59,733 nt of DNA, taken from positions 1-59,733 of IMG/VR virus record IMGVR_UViG_3300043444_000048. One strand, 5' to 3'. A program made the translations under genes and the position numbers. Positions 34,919 through 44,700 of the stretch are shown one piece after another. Position 1 is the stretch's first letter. Every line of letters begins with the position of its first letter. Source of the stretch: a virus (taxonomy: Duplodnaviria > Caudoviricetes). Under the pieces are notes generated by a model. The model ran no database searches and had not been told where the DNA came from. It was given only the letters and a program-made list of their open reading frames with translations.

Positions 34919-37900
34919 ATGACTGATATACGTTCAGACATAATTATTAATGTTGATACGTCTATCGGCATTGCTGAAATTAAGAATCTGCAAAGACAGA
35001 TTGCAGAACTTAATGCACAGCTCCTGAAGTCAGGTGCCCAACAAGCACGAGCTGCCCAGAACATACAGCGTAATCTTATTAATAATATTAACGCTACTGG
35101 GCAGTTCGCTGCTTCTGTAAAGAACATTTCTTCTACTGCCGAAAGCTTTACCACAGCACTAGAAAGAAACAAGCTCGGCATGGGCGAGTACTTTCGGTAC
35201 GCAGGTGGTGCAAGCAAGACTTTTGGTAAACTCTTTAAGAGAGAGTTTGACACAATCCAGCAGGTAGCTGAGTCACGTGTAAAGACCCTTCAGACTCAGT
35301 ATGTAAAGCTAGGTAGAGACGCTAACGGAGCCCTAAAAGCTATCCAGGTTAGACCACTAGCTCTTGACATGGAGAACCTAGCCACAAAGACAGCTATTGC
35401 AGCTCAAAAGCAACAGCTAATGAACCAGCTGCTAAAGCAGGGTTCTACAAACCTTCTAAACTTTGGTAAGAACACCCAGTGGGCTGGTCGTCAGCTTATG
35501 GTTGGTTTCACTATTCCTCTTGCATACTTGGGTAGCGTTGCATCTAAGACCTTCATGCAGATGGAAGAGCAAGCTATCCGCTTCAAGCGTGTTTATGGAG
35601 ATACATTTACAGCTACCTCTGAAACTGACAAGATGATTGATCAGGTAAAGAAGCTTGCTGGAGAGTTTACTAAGTATGGTGTTCAGGTAGAGAAGACCAT
35701 GAAGATGGCTGCTGACGCAGCTGCTATGGGTAAGATGGGTGCTGACCTTCTTGCACAGATCAAGGAAGCTAGTACACTGGCTGTTCTTGGTGGGGTAGAG
35801 CAAGAGCAAGCCCTAGAAACAACCATCTCTCTGACCAATGCTTTCGGTATCGCTGCAGAAAAACTAGCTGGAAAGATTAACTTCCTAAACGCAGTAGAAA
35901 ACCAAACCGTAACATCAATTGAAGACTTGACTATTGCTATTCCAAAAGCTGCTCCTGTAATTAAGCAGCTTGGTGGTGACGTAGAAGACTTGACATTCTT
36001 CCTAACAGCTATGAAGGAAGGTGGCATCAATGCTTCCGAAGGTGCTAACGCCCTAAAGTCTGGTTTGGCATCCCTAATTAACCCAACAGACAAGGCTAGT
36101 AAGTTTTTGGCAGGCTTTGGAATTAACCTCAAGGGGATTGTTGAGGCAAACAAGGGAAACGTCAAGGGTCTGGTCGTAGACTTCGCTCAGGCTCTTGACA
36201 CCCTTGATCCACTAAGCAAAGCTCGTGCTATTGAGCAGCTATTTGGTAAGTTCCAGTTTTCACGTCTATCTACCCTTTTCCAAAACGTAATTGCCGAGGG
36301 TAGCCAGGCAGAACGAGTTCTAAAACTAACAAGAAACTCTACAGAAGAGCTAGCTATCCTATCTGAGCGAGAGCTTAAGCGTGTTGAAGAGTCTCCGATG
36401 TACAAGTTTAAGAAGGCTGTAGAGGACTTGAAGGTTTCTCTAGTGCCTCTTGGTGAAGCATTCCTTAAGGCAGTTACTCCGCTTGTAGAGTTTGCCAAGG
36501 GCTTCCTAGACCGCTTTAACTCAATGGGTGAGGGTGCAAAACAGTTTGCAGTTATTGCTACAACCGTAGTAGCTGGAATTGGTCCAGTTCTACTTATGAC
36601 TTTTGGTCTGATTGCTAACGGTGTTGCAAACCTTATTAAGATGTTTGCAGCTATTTCAAATATCTTTAGGGGTGCAGGAAAGTCGTCAGCTGACCTAGGT
36701 ACTCAGACTGAGTACATGACTCAGCAGCAGCTAGAAGCAGCAGCAGTTGCAGCATCTCTAGATCAGACACACGCAAAGCTAATTCAAACATTCGGTGTTG
36801 AAACAGCAGCTGTTGAAAAGTTGGCAACCGCATATGCACGTGCTGTAGTTGCACAGTCTAAGCTAGTTGGTTCCCCAATTCCTGCTGGTAAGGGTAGAGG
36901 TGCAGCACCTGCCAAGCCAATGAAGCTCCAGTCTGGAATCTTGTCTGTTCCTGGTCCAAAGGGTGCAGGAGACGTTGTTCCTGCTATGCTTTCGCCTGGT
37001 GAAGCAGTTATCCCTGCTAAGCAATCTCAGAAGTACGCTGGACTAATCCAGGGCATGATGAAGGATGAGATCCCAGGATTTAGATTTGGTCGCAATCCTT
37101 TTGCCTCTATGCTTGGTCGCTCTCGTGTTGCTGTAAGGATGAAGCAGGAAGACCTACAGGCTGCACTTGGAGCTGGCAAGAAGGCACGTTACCAGAACGC
37201 ATTTGCTACTGGTACTGGTGCAGACTACCTGACTACTTCTGGTCTGCAGAATCCAGCACAGGCTAAGCTACGCTCTGCAATGGAGAGAGATGTCTTTGGC
37301 ATTCCTCTAGATGCTGCAGCAGGCTCTAGACCAACTTATGGATATGCAAGAACATCTCCACTCCAGGCAATTATTAATAAGCTTTTTGGATTCAAGGGCA
37401 GACAGTTTAATACTGTTACAGCTAACCAGAGAATTGGTGAAAAGAAGTTCTGGAGTCCAGCTAACCAGCCAGATGTTAAGTACCCAGAGCTTGATAGAAA
37501 TGATCCTCTTGCACGTTATGGTGATGTGGACCTCATTACTAGGAGATCTGTTGCAAAGAGATCTTCTGCACACGTTGGCGATGCCCTGATTCGCTACAAT
37601 AGAGTTCTGGGTGGAAGAAAGTCAGTAGTTCCAGTCGATCCAAGATTTGGTGCAGCACCAATAAAGGGTGCTACACAGTCGCAGCTTGACAAGGCAATGT
37701 TCGATACCCTGAATAGTCCATTTGGAAACAACCGTGTTCCTGGAACAAACATGTACAACGCCAACCCAAAGCCAGGGTACGTAGAGACATATACTCCAGG
37801 TGGCTTTGGTCTAAACGAAGTTTCTAGAATTGTTACAAGAGACCGAGGTACTGCTAAGCAACTACAAAAGCTTGTTGATAGAGCTGGTCTAAGAATCAAG

Positions 37901-40900
37901 GTAACCCCACAGAATGCCCCACTAGTTGTTAGAATGCTTTCTAACGTTATTGGGTCTCGTTTTTCTGAGGGATCAGATAAAATATCTGCAAATATTATTC
38001 GTGAGCTTAGGTCTAAGCTAAGAGGATCTCCTACAGCAATCAGTGATGCCTATAAGGGTGTCACATACGGAGCGTTGGCACAAGAAGATGCTTTAGTTAA
38101 GAGTTTGGCTACAAAGTATGGTCTGTCACAATCTCAGGTTCTTAGCTTGCTTGGCACAGACAACTCTCACATTGGTAAGGTTACAAGAACAGTCACTATT
38201 GGTGGCTCCACAGAAGAGGCAAAGCTGTGGAGAATGCAAGACATTCAAAAGGACCACAGAGCAGTAAATCAGATTCTAGAAAACATCTCTGTGATGGGTT
38301 CTCCAAAGGGGTCGTTCCTACAGTCTTTGACTGCCGAAGAGATTTCACGTTCACAAAAAATTGGTCTAGAGGATGCTAGAAGAGAGCTTGCAAACATTCA
38401 AGCTGGGGGTCACCCAACTAGTAGAGCTGGATATCAGGTACTTAAGGGAATTGCTGACATTACTGCGAACAAGTTCCCAACCAAGGCAACTGGGGTTAGA
38501 GCAAAGATTCTTTCTGAGCTTCTAGATTTCAGATTTAAGGACAAGACTGCTGGATCTTATTTCAAGGCACTGGAGGCAAAGAAACTAACTCTTCCAGCAG
38601 ATGACAAGATTACGAGCCGAGGAATTGCTCAGCAAGACAGAAGAATTGCTACAGCAAATCAACAGCTAGCTCTTTTGCCATCAGTTAAGAGGCCAGCAAA
38701 GAACCCAACCACTAAAGTTCAAGCTCCAAAGCTAACCAGGGGTTCTAAGCAACAAGCAGCAATTAGTATGGCTCAGTTGCTAGGTAAAAGGTATGCTAGC
38801 GGTGTTGTTTCTGTTCCTGGACCAAAGGGTGCTGGCGATGTAGTCCCAGCCATGCTGTCTCCAGGAGAGGCTGTAATCCCTGCCAAGATGTCGGAAAAGT
38901 ATGCTCCGCTAATTAGCAGCATGATTTCGGACTCAGTTCCTGGCTATGCCCAGGGTAGACAGCGTAGAAACCGTGCTAACTTTGGAAACAACTATGGACC
39001 AATAGCACGTGGAGAAATGACTCCACCAGTATCTCAAACACAGGTATCAGCTTCAGTTGCAAATACTCTGATGGCATCTATGAAGTCTTCCAGAGTTAAG
39101 ACAGCATTTGGCAACATTGCTACCTCTGTAGGAAACTCAATTAGCTCAGGTTTGTCTAGTATCAAGGGCAAGATTATTGACGCAGCATCCTCTGCAAAAG
39201 AAAAAATGTCGGGTGCCAAATCACCTCAAGCAGGGCAAATTGTTCAAACTGGAAACAGGTATTATGAGATAGGTGCGGATGGCAAGAAGCGTCCAATAAA
39301 GAAGGCCGATGCCGTGGCCAAGCAGCAACAGCAGGCTAAACCTAGCCTAGGAAGCAGACTCAGTGGTCGACTCGGAACCGTGGGCATGGTTGGTTCTACT
39401 GTTGGCATGGGTATGATGATGTCTGGTGACCCAAATATGCAGCAAGCTGGAGGAGCTGTTATGGCAGCCTCTATGATTGCACCACTGCTGCCTATGCTAA
39501 TGAACCCAATTGGTCTTGCAGTAGCAATGCTTGCAGGTCTCGCAGCGACCGTGGTTCTTCTTAACCAGGCATACAAAGAAAATGTTAAAAAGACTTACGA
39601 GCTGACCATGGCAGTAGGTGGCTCAACCAAGTCTATTAGAAAGCTGTCTGAGTTTACTGGAAATGTGACCGCTGGCGAAATAATGGATAAGCGTCGCTCC
39701 AAAGGGGTGGATATTTTCCAGGTAGCTGCAGGTAAAACTGGCTTTGGAGACGCATTCTTGCAGTCGGAAGCAGGTCAAGCACTCAAGGCATCTCTTGGAG
39801 AGTCTCTCAAGACTAATGGCAGAGAGGCAGCTGCAACTAGCCTAACAAACCAGATGGCCACAGCTGTTGCTTCTGGTGCCCTATCGGCAGGCCAGGCAAG
39901 AGATATTGTAGCTGCAATTGGAAAAGAGATGGACGATTATTCGTTCTCAATTGGCGTTAATTCAAAGCTCTTGTCGGTTCTTGGTCCAAACGGCGAGAAC
40001 CTTTTGACTGATCCTCTACAGGTACGCCTAGACTTGGTAAAAAGCTCACAGGCAGAAGTTAAAAAGTTTGGAAAGGTTTGGGACGAAGAGGTAAACCTAG
40101 ACATTGCTAATGATCTTGATCAAGGCGGTTTTGCTGGCTCTGTTGCAGCTATTGCTGGATCGGTGGCTTTAATCTCAACAGCAATGGCAGGGTTCACTGC
40201 TGGAACAAGCCTTATCGTGGCTGGTCTCGCTGCTGCAGTGGCAGGTACTGCAGCATATTTCTCTACAGCAGAAGACTTCTCTAAGGACGCAGCTGCAACT
40301 GGTGCTTTTGTTGCAAATAGTGCTATTGCTTTGCAGACAAACAAGGAAATGGTAGACTCTCTCCAGATTCAATATGAGCAAGAACGTGCAATAGCCCTAG
40401 CAAAGAAAGATTCTGCCGAAGTCTCAAGACTAGATCTTCAGTATGCAGAAGACAGGCAGGCACTTCTTTCAGAGTATGCTACAACCGTAAAGTCTATTCA
40501 AGACACGTTTGCAACAGCAGACAACCAGCAGTCAGTTCTTGATGAATACGAGACCCTTACCAAAGAAATGTATAAGGATGACCCACTTAGTGGCAAGATT
40601 TTGGAAGGTATTGAGTCTCAGCTAGACGCTCTTACAGATGACAAAGAGGTCGTTATTAGAGCAGCACTTCTTTCAAAGGACCTGTCTCCAACAGCTGCTC
40701 AGGCATTGCTTAGTGGTGAAAATATTGATAGGAATGTTTCTCTATACGTTAAGCTGGGTGGATCTGGGTACTCTAAGCTAGAGCAAACCGTAGCTCTATT
40801 TGATGAAGGTTCAAAGACCAAGGACGCATTCAGAGACAAGGTAAATTCTTTTGTTGACCCAGTAGAGGCAGAAAAATTTGTCGCAAGCTTTGACCCAGTT

Positions 40901-43900
40901 ATACAGTCACTGTCGGCAATGGGAGAAGGCACCCTCTCTGCTGGACTGGAGTTTTACTTTGCTAACCCAGAAGCCCTTGATGAAGCTAACGCCCAAATTG
41001 CTGAGTTTAAGAAGCAGGCTGACAAGGGGCCAATTACCCAAAAGATGATTCAAGAGGTCTATGGTCAAGAGATGGTAGACAAGATTAAGACCAACCAGGC
41101 TTACTTCGATACCTTGCCAGATGATCAAAAGGTTGTTTATACAACTGTTCTTAAGATGATTGGAGAAATGGACCCAACAGCAAAGATGATTGCTGCAATT
41201 AACTTTGTTAAGAGTGGTAAGGGTGCAGACCAGTTTAAGAAAATGACTGGCATGGATTATGCCACAGCATCAGCTTCTGGAACAATGAGCTACGAGTGGG
41301 TAAATAGCAAGGCTGTTGAAGTGTTTGATACCTACGGTGCTGAAGCGGTAACAACTGCAGGAGACACCACAACCAAAACTTCTGCACCACCAACCACCAA
41401 TAATTCGGGTGGCAAGAAGGATGACCCATACGAAGACATTCTGCGTGACCTAAAGAGACTAAGAAACTGGACCATTAAGACTGCTGGTGGCTTTAAAGAG
41501 CTGCAACGTGTAATGGGCAAGTCTAACAATATGAAGATTCTTGGTGGTGTAGAGTCTAAGCTTCTAGAGTCTACTGCAGGTATTTCTGCACCACTAGCAA
41601 GCTACTTCGCTGGACTTGACGAAAAAACTCAAAAGCTGTTTTTCAAGATTGGTAAGGATGGCAAACTTGTTCTAACTAAGCAAGGCAAGTACTTCAAGCA
41701 AGCCTTTGACGAGAGAGCAGTTGGAAACGTATATGTTGGTTTGCAGGGGCAGCTAAAGACTCTGAAGCAGCAAAACATTGCAACTAAGAAGCTAGCAGAC
41801 ATGGGTCTTGATTGGGCTACCGCATCAGAGATGGCTGGCGACGCAGAGTTTGCAGCAGCGGTAGCTAGCGGAAAGAATGCTACAGAGCTACAGAAGATTG
41901 TAAACCTGAAGAAGCAAGAGCTAGAGCTTACAAAGAAGAGCAACGCCTTGCAAGAAGCTAGAATTGCAATTGATGAAAATAATGAGCAAACCAAGCTAAA
42001 CGATCTTATTGCTGCATACTCATTTGACGATCAGAAAGCTATTATGGCTAGCTCTCAGCTCCAAGAGCTAATCAAGACAGGTCAGGCAAACACAGCAGAG
42101 TTCCAAAGACTTCTGGCACAAGAGATTAAAAAGATTATCGACCAAGACTTTAGGGCAGCAGCAGATGCTCTAAAGCAAGCTGTCAAGGACTTTATGGCAC
42201 GTGCAAGGGCAGAAAGAACTGTTCAGTCACAGTTTGGAAAGTCTTCCCCAGTAGTCGCATCGGTAATTCAGTCAGACCAGCAGCTAATGGATATGATTAC
42301 CGCTGCACAGACAGCAGGTAAAGAGCTAGGTCAAGAGTTCTATGATAGACTACGCCAGCTTCTGTCAGATCCAGATACACTTGGTCAGGTATTTGACGAA
42401 GGTCTTAACAAAGCTTTCTCAGCTTTTGACGCACAGGAAAAGGCAATTGAGCTTAAGTTTGAGGCAGACACCAAGTTCTTGACTGATCCAGAAACTGGAG
42501 TCATATCAGTAGCACAGCGTAAGATTGCAGACCTAGAGTATGCTATCGATGATTACAACTATGGTCTTGAGCAGATTTCTCAAAAGGAAACAGAAATCAA
42601 TGAGAAGTATGACGAAAGATTTAAGGCTCTGGATGAAATCCGCAAGGTAAACGATAGACTTATCGCACAAGAGCAAGCTCAGCTAAATGTTGCAGATGCA
42701 CTTACTCGTGGTGATATCGCTGCAGCAGCTAGAGCAGTGCAAGACTACAGAGCAAAGCAGGTTGCTACCAATGCAGAAGCACAGCGTGATGCTCTTGAAA
42801 CCGCTAAGCAGAAGGAGCTAGACGCTCTCACAGCAACAGTTAATGGCAAGACTCTGACTCGCAAGCAGCTTGAAAAAGAAATTCAGACAATTAAGAACCA
42901 AATTCTTGAAATTGAAGAAAAGACTTTGGAGCCAGCTGAGAAGGCACTTAGAAACTTCACTGAGCAGCGTGACATCGCCATCTCTAACGTTACTGTTCTA
43001 GGTAAGACACGCCTAGAATGGGAGGGTATCCAGAACCAGGTAGCCATTGCAGCGGTTAATAACAATGCATTCCTCTCATCACTAATTGCTACCTTGTCAG
43101 TTGTAGAGGCACTAAAGAAGGCATACGGTGAGCTAGGAGGATCTACTCCAGGAAGCGTTAATATTGCAACTTCTCCAGCAGGAACTATTGCTAACTTTAC
43201 TACTCCAGAAAGCTCAACAGCAGAGCCAAGCAGCGTAACGATTAACCCAAACCTTACCGCTGCTGCACCTGTAGTTACCGCAACACCAGAAACAACTACC
43301 GCTGCTCCAGTGGTCGTGACAACAGCAGCACCTGCAGCCACATCGGCACCAGCAAAGAGCACTACCGCAGCTCCTAAGAAAACAACTACTGCAGCACCAA
43401 AAAAGGTTAATCCAGCTTATACTACTGCAAAAAATGCAGTGGATAACTTAACAGATCAGCTGGCTGATGCAAGAGCTAAAGTTTCTAAACACTCAAACCT
43501 TCTTGCAGGTTTTGAGAGATCGAGAAATGCAGTACCACCAGCATATAGGTACACCTATGATGATGACATTGCTGCACAAAAGAAACTAATTTCTCAGTGG
43601 CAATCAACTATTAATTGGACTGGCAAGGCTTTGCAGGATGCACAGTCAAAGCTTGCAAAGACTCCACAATACCTTGCTATGGGTGGACTTGTCAAGGGCT
43701 TTAATACAGGTGGGTTTGTTTCTCAGGGTACTGACACTGTTCCTGCAATGCTAACTCCAGGAGAATTTGTTGTTAAGAAGTATGCAGTAGACAGCTTTGG
43801 AATGGATAACCTAAAGGCAATTAATAATGGCACATACCAGGGTGAATCAGTGTATAATTATGAAGTAAACATTAGCGTTAAGTCAGATGCAGATGCAGAC

Positions 43901-43978
43901 CAGATTGCAAGAGCAGTAATCTCGCAGATCAAGCAGGTAGACTCGCAAAGAATTAGAGGAAATAGTTTTAATGGCTAG
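34919..43978 (+). CDS. Tape measure protein (3019 aa) with inserted cargo domains
   Basis: TP901-type TMP core in the N-terminal ~600 aa, hydrophobic segments, long coiled coils and C-terminal GTDTVPAMLTPGEFVV motif. Confidence 0.92.
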   Translation: MTDIRSDIIINVDTSIGIAEIKNLQRQIAELNAQLLKSGAQQARAAQNIQRNLINNINATGQFAASVKNISSTAESFTTALERNKLGMGEYFRYAGGASKTFGKLFKREFDTIQQVAESRVKTLQTQYVKLGRDANGALKAIQVRPLALDMENLATKTAIAAQKQQLMNQLLKQGSTNLLNFGKNTQWAGRQLMVGFTIPLAYLGSVASKTFMQMEEQAIRFKRVYGDTFTATSETDKMIDQVKKLAGEFTKYGVQVEKTMKMAADAAAMGKMGADLLAQIKEASTLAVLGGVEQEQALETTISLTNAFGIAAEKLAGKINFLNAVENQTVTSIEDLTIAIPKAAPVIKQLGGDVEDLTFFLTAMKEGGINASEGANALKSGLASLINPTDKASKFLAGFGINLKGIVEANKGNVKGLVVDFAQALDTLDPLSKARAIEQLFGKFQFSRLSTLFQNVIAEGSQAERVLKLTRNSTEELAILSERELKRVEESPMYKFKKAVEDLKVSLVPLGEAFLKAVTPLVEFAKGFLDRFNSMGEGAKQFAVIATTVVAGIGPVLLMTFGLIANGVANLIKMFAAISNIFRGAGKSSADLGTQTEYMTQQQLEAAAVAASLDQTHAKLIQTFGVETAAVEKLATAYARAVVAQSKLVGSPIPAGKGRGAAPAKPMKLQSGILSVPGPKGAGDVVPAMLSPGEAVIPAKQSQKYAGLIQGMMKDEIPGFRFGRNPFASMLGRSRVAVRMKQEDLQAALGAGKKARYQNAFATGTGADYLTTSGLQNPAQAKLRSAMERDVFGIPLDAAAGSRPTYGYARTSPLQAIINKLFGFKGRQFNTVTANQRIGEKKFWSPANQPDVKYPELDRNDPLARYGDVDLITRRSVAKRSSAHVGDALIRYNRVLGGRKSVVPVDPRFGAAPIKGATQSQLDKAMFDTLNSPFGNNRVPGTNMYNANPKPGYVETYTPGGFGLNEVSRIVTRDRGTAKQLQKLVDRAGLRIKVTPQNAPLVVRMLSNVIGSRFSEGSDKISANIIRELRSKLRGSPTAISDAYKGVTYGALAQEDALVKSLATKYGLSQSQVLSLLGTDNSHIGKVTRTVTIGGSTEEAKLWRMQDIQKDHRAVNQILENISVMGSPKGSFLQSLTAEEISRSQKIGLEDARRELANIQAGGHPTSRAGYQVLKGIADITANKFPTKATGVRAKILSELLDFRFKDKTAGSYFKALEAKKLTLPADDKITSRGIAQQDRRIATANQQLALLPSVKRPAKNPTTKVQAPKLTRGSKQQAAISMAQLLGKRYASGVVSVPGPKGAGDVVPAMLSPGEAVIPAKMSEKYAPLISSMISDSVPGYAQGRQRRNRANFGNNYGPIARGEMTPPVSQTQVSASVANTLMASMKSSRVKTAFGNIATSVGNSISSGLSSIKGKIIDAASSAKEKMSGAKSPQAGQIVQTGNRYYEIGADGKKRPIKKADAVAKQQQQAKPSLGSRLSGRLGTVGMVGSTVGMGMMMSGDPNMQQAGGAVMAASMIAPLLPMLMNPIGLAVAMLAGLAATVVLLNQAYKENVKKTYELTMAVGGSTKSIRKLSEFTGNVTAGEIMDKRRSKGVDIFQVAAGKTGFGDAFLQSEAGQALKASLGESLKTNGREAAATSLTNQMATAVASGALSAGQARDIVAAIGKEMDDYSFSIGVNSKLLSVLGPNGENLLTDPLQVRLDLVKSSQAEVKKFGKVWDEEVNLDIANDLDQGGFAGSVAAIAGSVALISTAMAGFTAGTSLIVAGLAAAVAGTAAYFSTAEDFSKDAAATGAFVANSAIALQTNKEMVDSLQIQYEQERAIALAKKDSAEVSRLDLQYAEDRQALLSEYATTVKSIQDTFATADNQQSVLDEYETLTKEMYKDDPLSGKILEGIESQLDALTDDKEVVIRAALLSKDLSPTAAQALLSGENIDRNVSLYVKLGGSGYSKLEQTVALFDEGSKTKDAFRDKVNSFVDPVEAEKFVASFDPVIQSLSAMGEGTLSAGLEFYFANPEALDEANAQIAEFKKQADKGPITQKMIQEVYGQEMVDKIKTNQAYFDTLPDDQKVVYTTVLKMIGEMDPTAKMIAAINFVKSGKGADQFKKMTGMDYATASASGTMSYEWVNSKAVEVFDTYGAEAVTTAGDTTTKTSAPPTTNNSGGKKDDPYEDILRDLKRLRNWTIKTAGGFKELQRVMGKSNNMKILGGVESKLLESTAGISAPLASYFAGLDEKTQKLFFKIGKDGKLVLTKQGKYFKQAFDERAVGNVYVGLQGQLKTLKQQNIATKKLADMGLDWATASEMAGDAEFAAAVASGKNATELQKIVNLKKQELELTKKSNALQEARIAIDENNEQTKLNDLIAAYSFDDQKAIMASSQLQELIKTGQANTAEFQRLLAQEIKKIIDQDFRAAADALKQAVKDFMARARAERTVQSQFGKSSPVVASVIQSDQQLMDMITAAQTAGKELGQEFYDRLRQLLSDPDTLGQVFDEGLNKAFSAFDAQEKAIELKFEADTKFLTDPETGVISVAQRKIADLEYAIDDYNYGLEQISQKETEINEKYDERFKALDEIRKVNDRLIAQEQAQLNVADALTRGDIAAAARAVQDYRAKQVATNAEAQRDALETAKQKELDALTATVNGKTLTRKQLEKEIQTIKNQILEIEEKTLEPAEKALRNFTEQRDIAISNVTVLGKTRLEWEGIQNQVAIAAVNNNAFLSSLIATLSVVEALKKAYGELGGSTPGSVNIATSPAGTIANFTTPESSTAEPSSVTINPNLTAAAPVVTATPETTTAAPVVVTTAAPAATSAPAKSTTAAPKKTTTAAPKKVNPAYTTAKNAVDNLTDQLADARAKVSKHSNLLAGFERSRNAVPPAYRYTYDDDIAAQKKLISQWQSTINWTGKALQDAQSKLAKTPQYLAMGGLVKGFNTGGFVSQGTDTVPAMLTPGEFVVKKYAVDSFGMDNLKAINNGTYQGESVYNYEVNISVKSDADADQIARAVISQIKQVDSQRIRGNSFNG
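36932..37090 (+). repeat. TMP internal module, copy 1 (SVPGPKGAGDVVPAMLSPGEAVIPAK...)
   Basis: 26 aa core identical to copy 2 at 38798-38956. Confidence 0.9.
38798..38956 (+). repeat. TMP internal module, copy 2
   Basis: Same peptide as copy 1 with many synonymous nucleotide differences; a third, diverged copy lies at ~43700-43790. Confidence 0.9.
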
Positions 43979-44699
43979 TATTAGTTACTTCTCTGGAAGA
44001 AAGCGTTATGGCAGACCACAAGCCATGCTGTTTTCTGATAACCCAGGAACACTACATGTAATAAACCAAGGCACAGAGAATGAGCAAAAGTTCTATCTTC
44101 CAGATGGCTTTGAGGTAGGAACTAACGAGCTAAACATTACTAATCCTGACCTGATTGACCAATTCATAATCCTGTCTGATGACAATAGGTCTGAAATTAA
44201 GTTTGCAACTGAAAGAATTGAAAAGCGTCAAAGAATGATTAATGGTAGAATGCGTTCATACCACATTGCCGATAAGCTAAAGATTGATGTATCTTGGGAC
44301 ATGTTGCCATCAAGAGCGTTCAGCTCTTTTGCATCTTTTGACCCAGAAACAGGTGAGAAGACTTTTGTAAGTGCAGTAGACAATGACAATAATCAGCTGA
44401 CTCCAGACAAGAAAGTAAGCCCATTCGGCTCTCAGTTCTATCCAGATCAGCAGTATACTTCAGATGGTGGAGCTGGTGGTGTAGAGCTTCTTAAGTGGTA
44501 TGAAAACCACCCTGGCTCATTCTGGGTATTTTTGTCTTACGACAAGTATTCAGCTTTTGACAACTCTCCGTTTAACAATCTTACCAAGTATAGCCAAGTT
44601 GTAGAGGTATTCTTTGACGAGTTTACATACTCTGTTGTTAAGCGTGGTAGGGCTAACCATGATTTCTGGAACGTATCGTTGACGCTAGAAGAGGTTTAA
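43971..44699 (+). CDS. Distal tail (Dit-like) protein
   Basis: Immediately follows TMP; RMINGRMRSY..ADK...VSW and WNVSLTLEEV motifs. Confidence 0.65.
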   Translation: MASISYFSGRKRYGRPQAMLFSDNPGTLHVINQGTENEQKFYLPDGFEVGTNELNITNPDLIDQFIILSDDNRSEIKFATERIEKRQRMINGRMRSYHIADKLKIDVSWDMLPSRAFSSFASFDPETGEKTFVSAVDNDNNQLTPDKKVSPFGSQFYPDQQYTSDGGAGGVELLKWYENHPGSFWVFLSYDKYSAFDNSPFNNLTKYSQVVEVFFDEFTYSVVKRGRANHDFWNVSLTLEEV

Positions 44700-44700
44700 G

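Noticed and set aside
36932-38956. Intein or mobile element inserted in the TMP
   Set aside because: No Cys/Ser start or His-Asn end splice motifs, no LAGLIDADG or transposase motifs, and the flanking repeats are conserved as protein rather than as DNA target duplications.
43848-43870. TATAAT inside the TMP 3' end as a promoter for tail-tip genes
   Set aside because: It lacks the TGn spacing and a -35, and may simply reflect Val-Tyr-Asn codons, so it is left uncalled.
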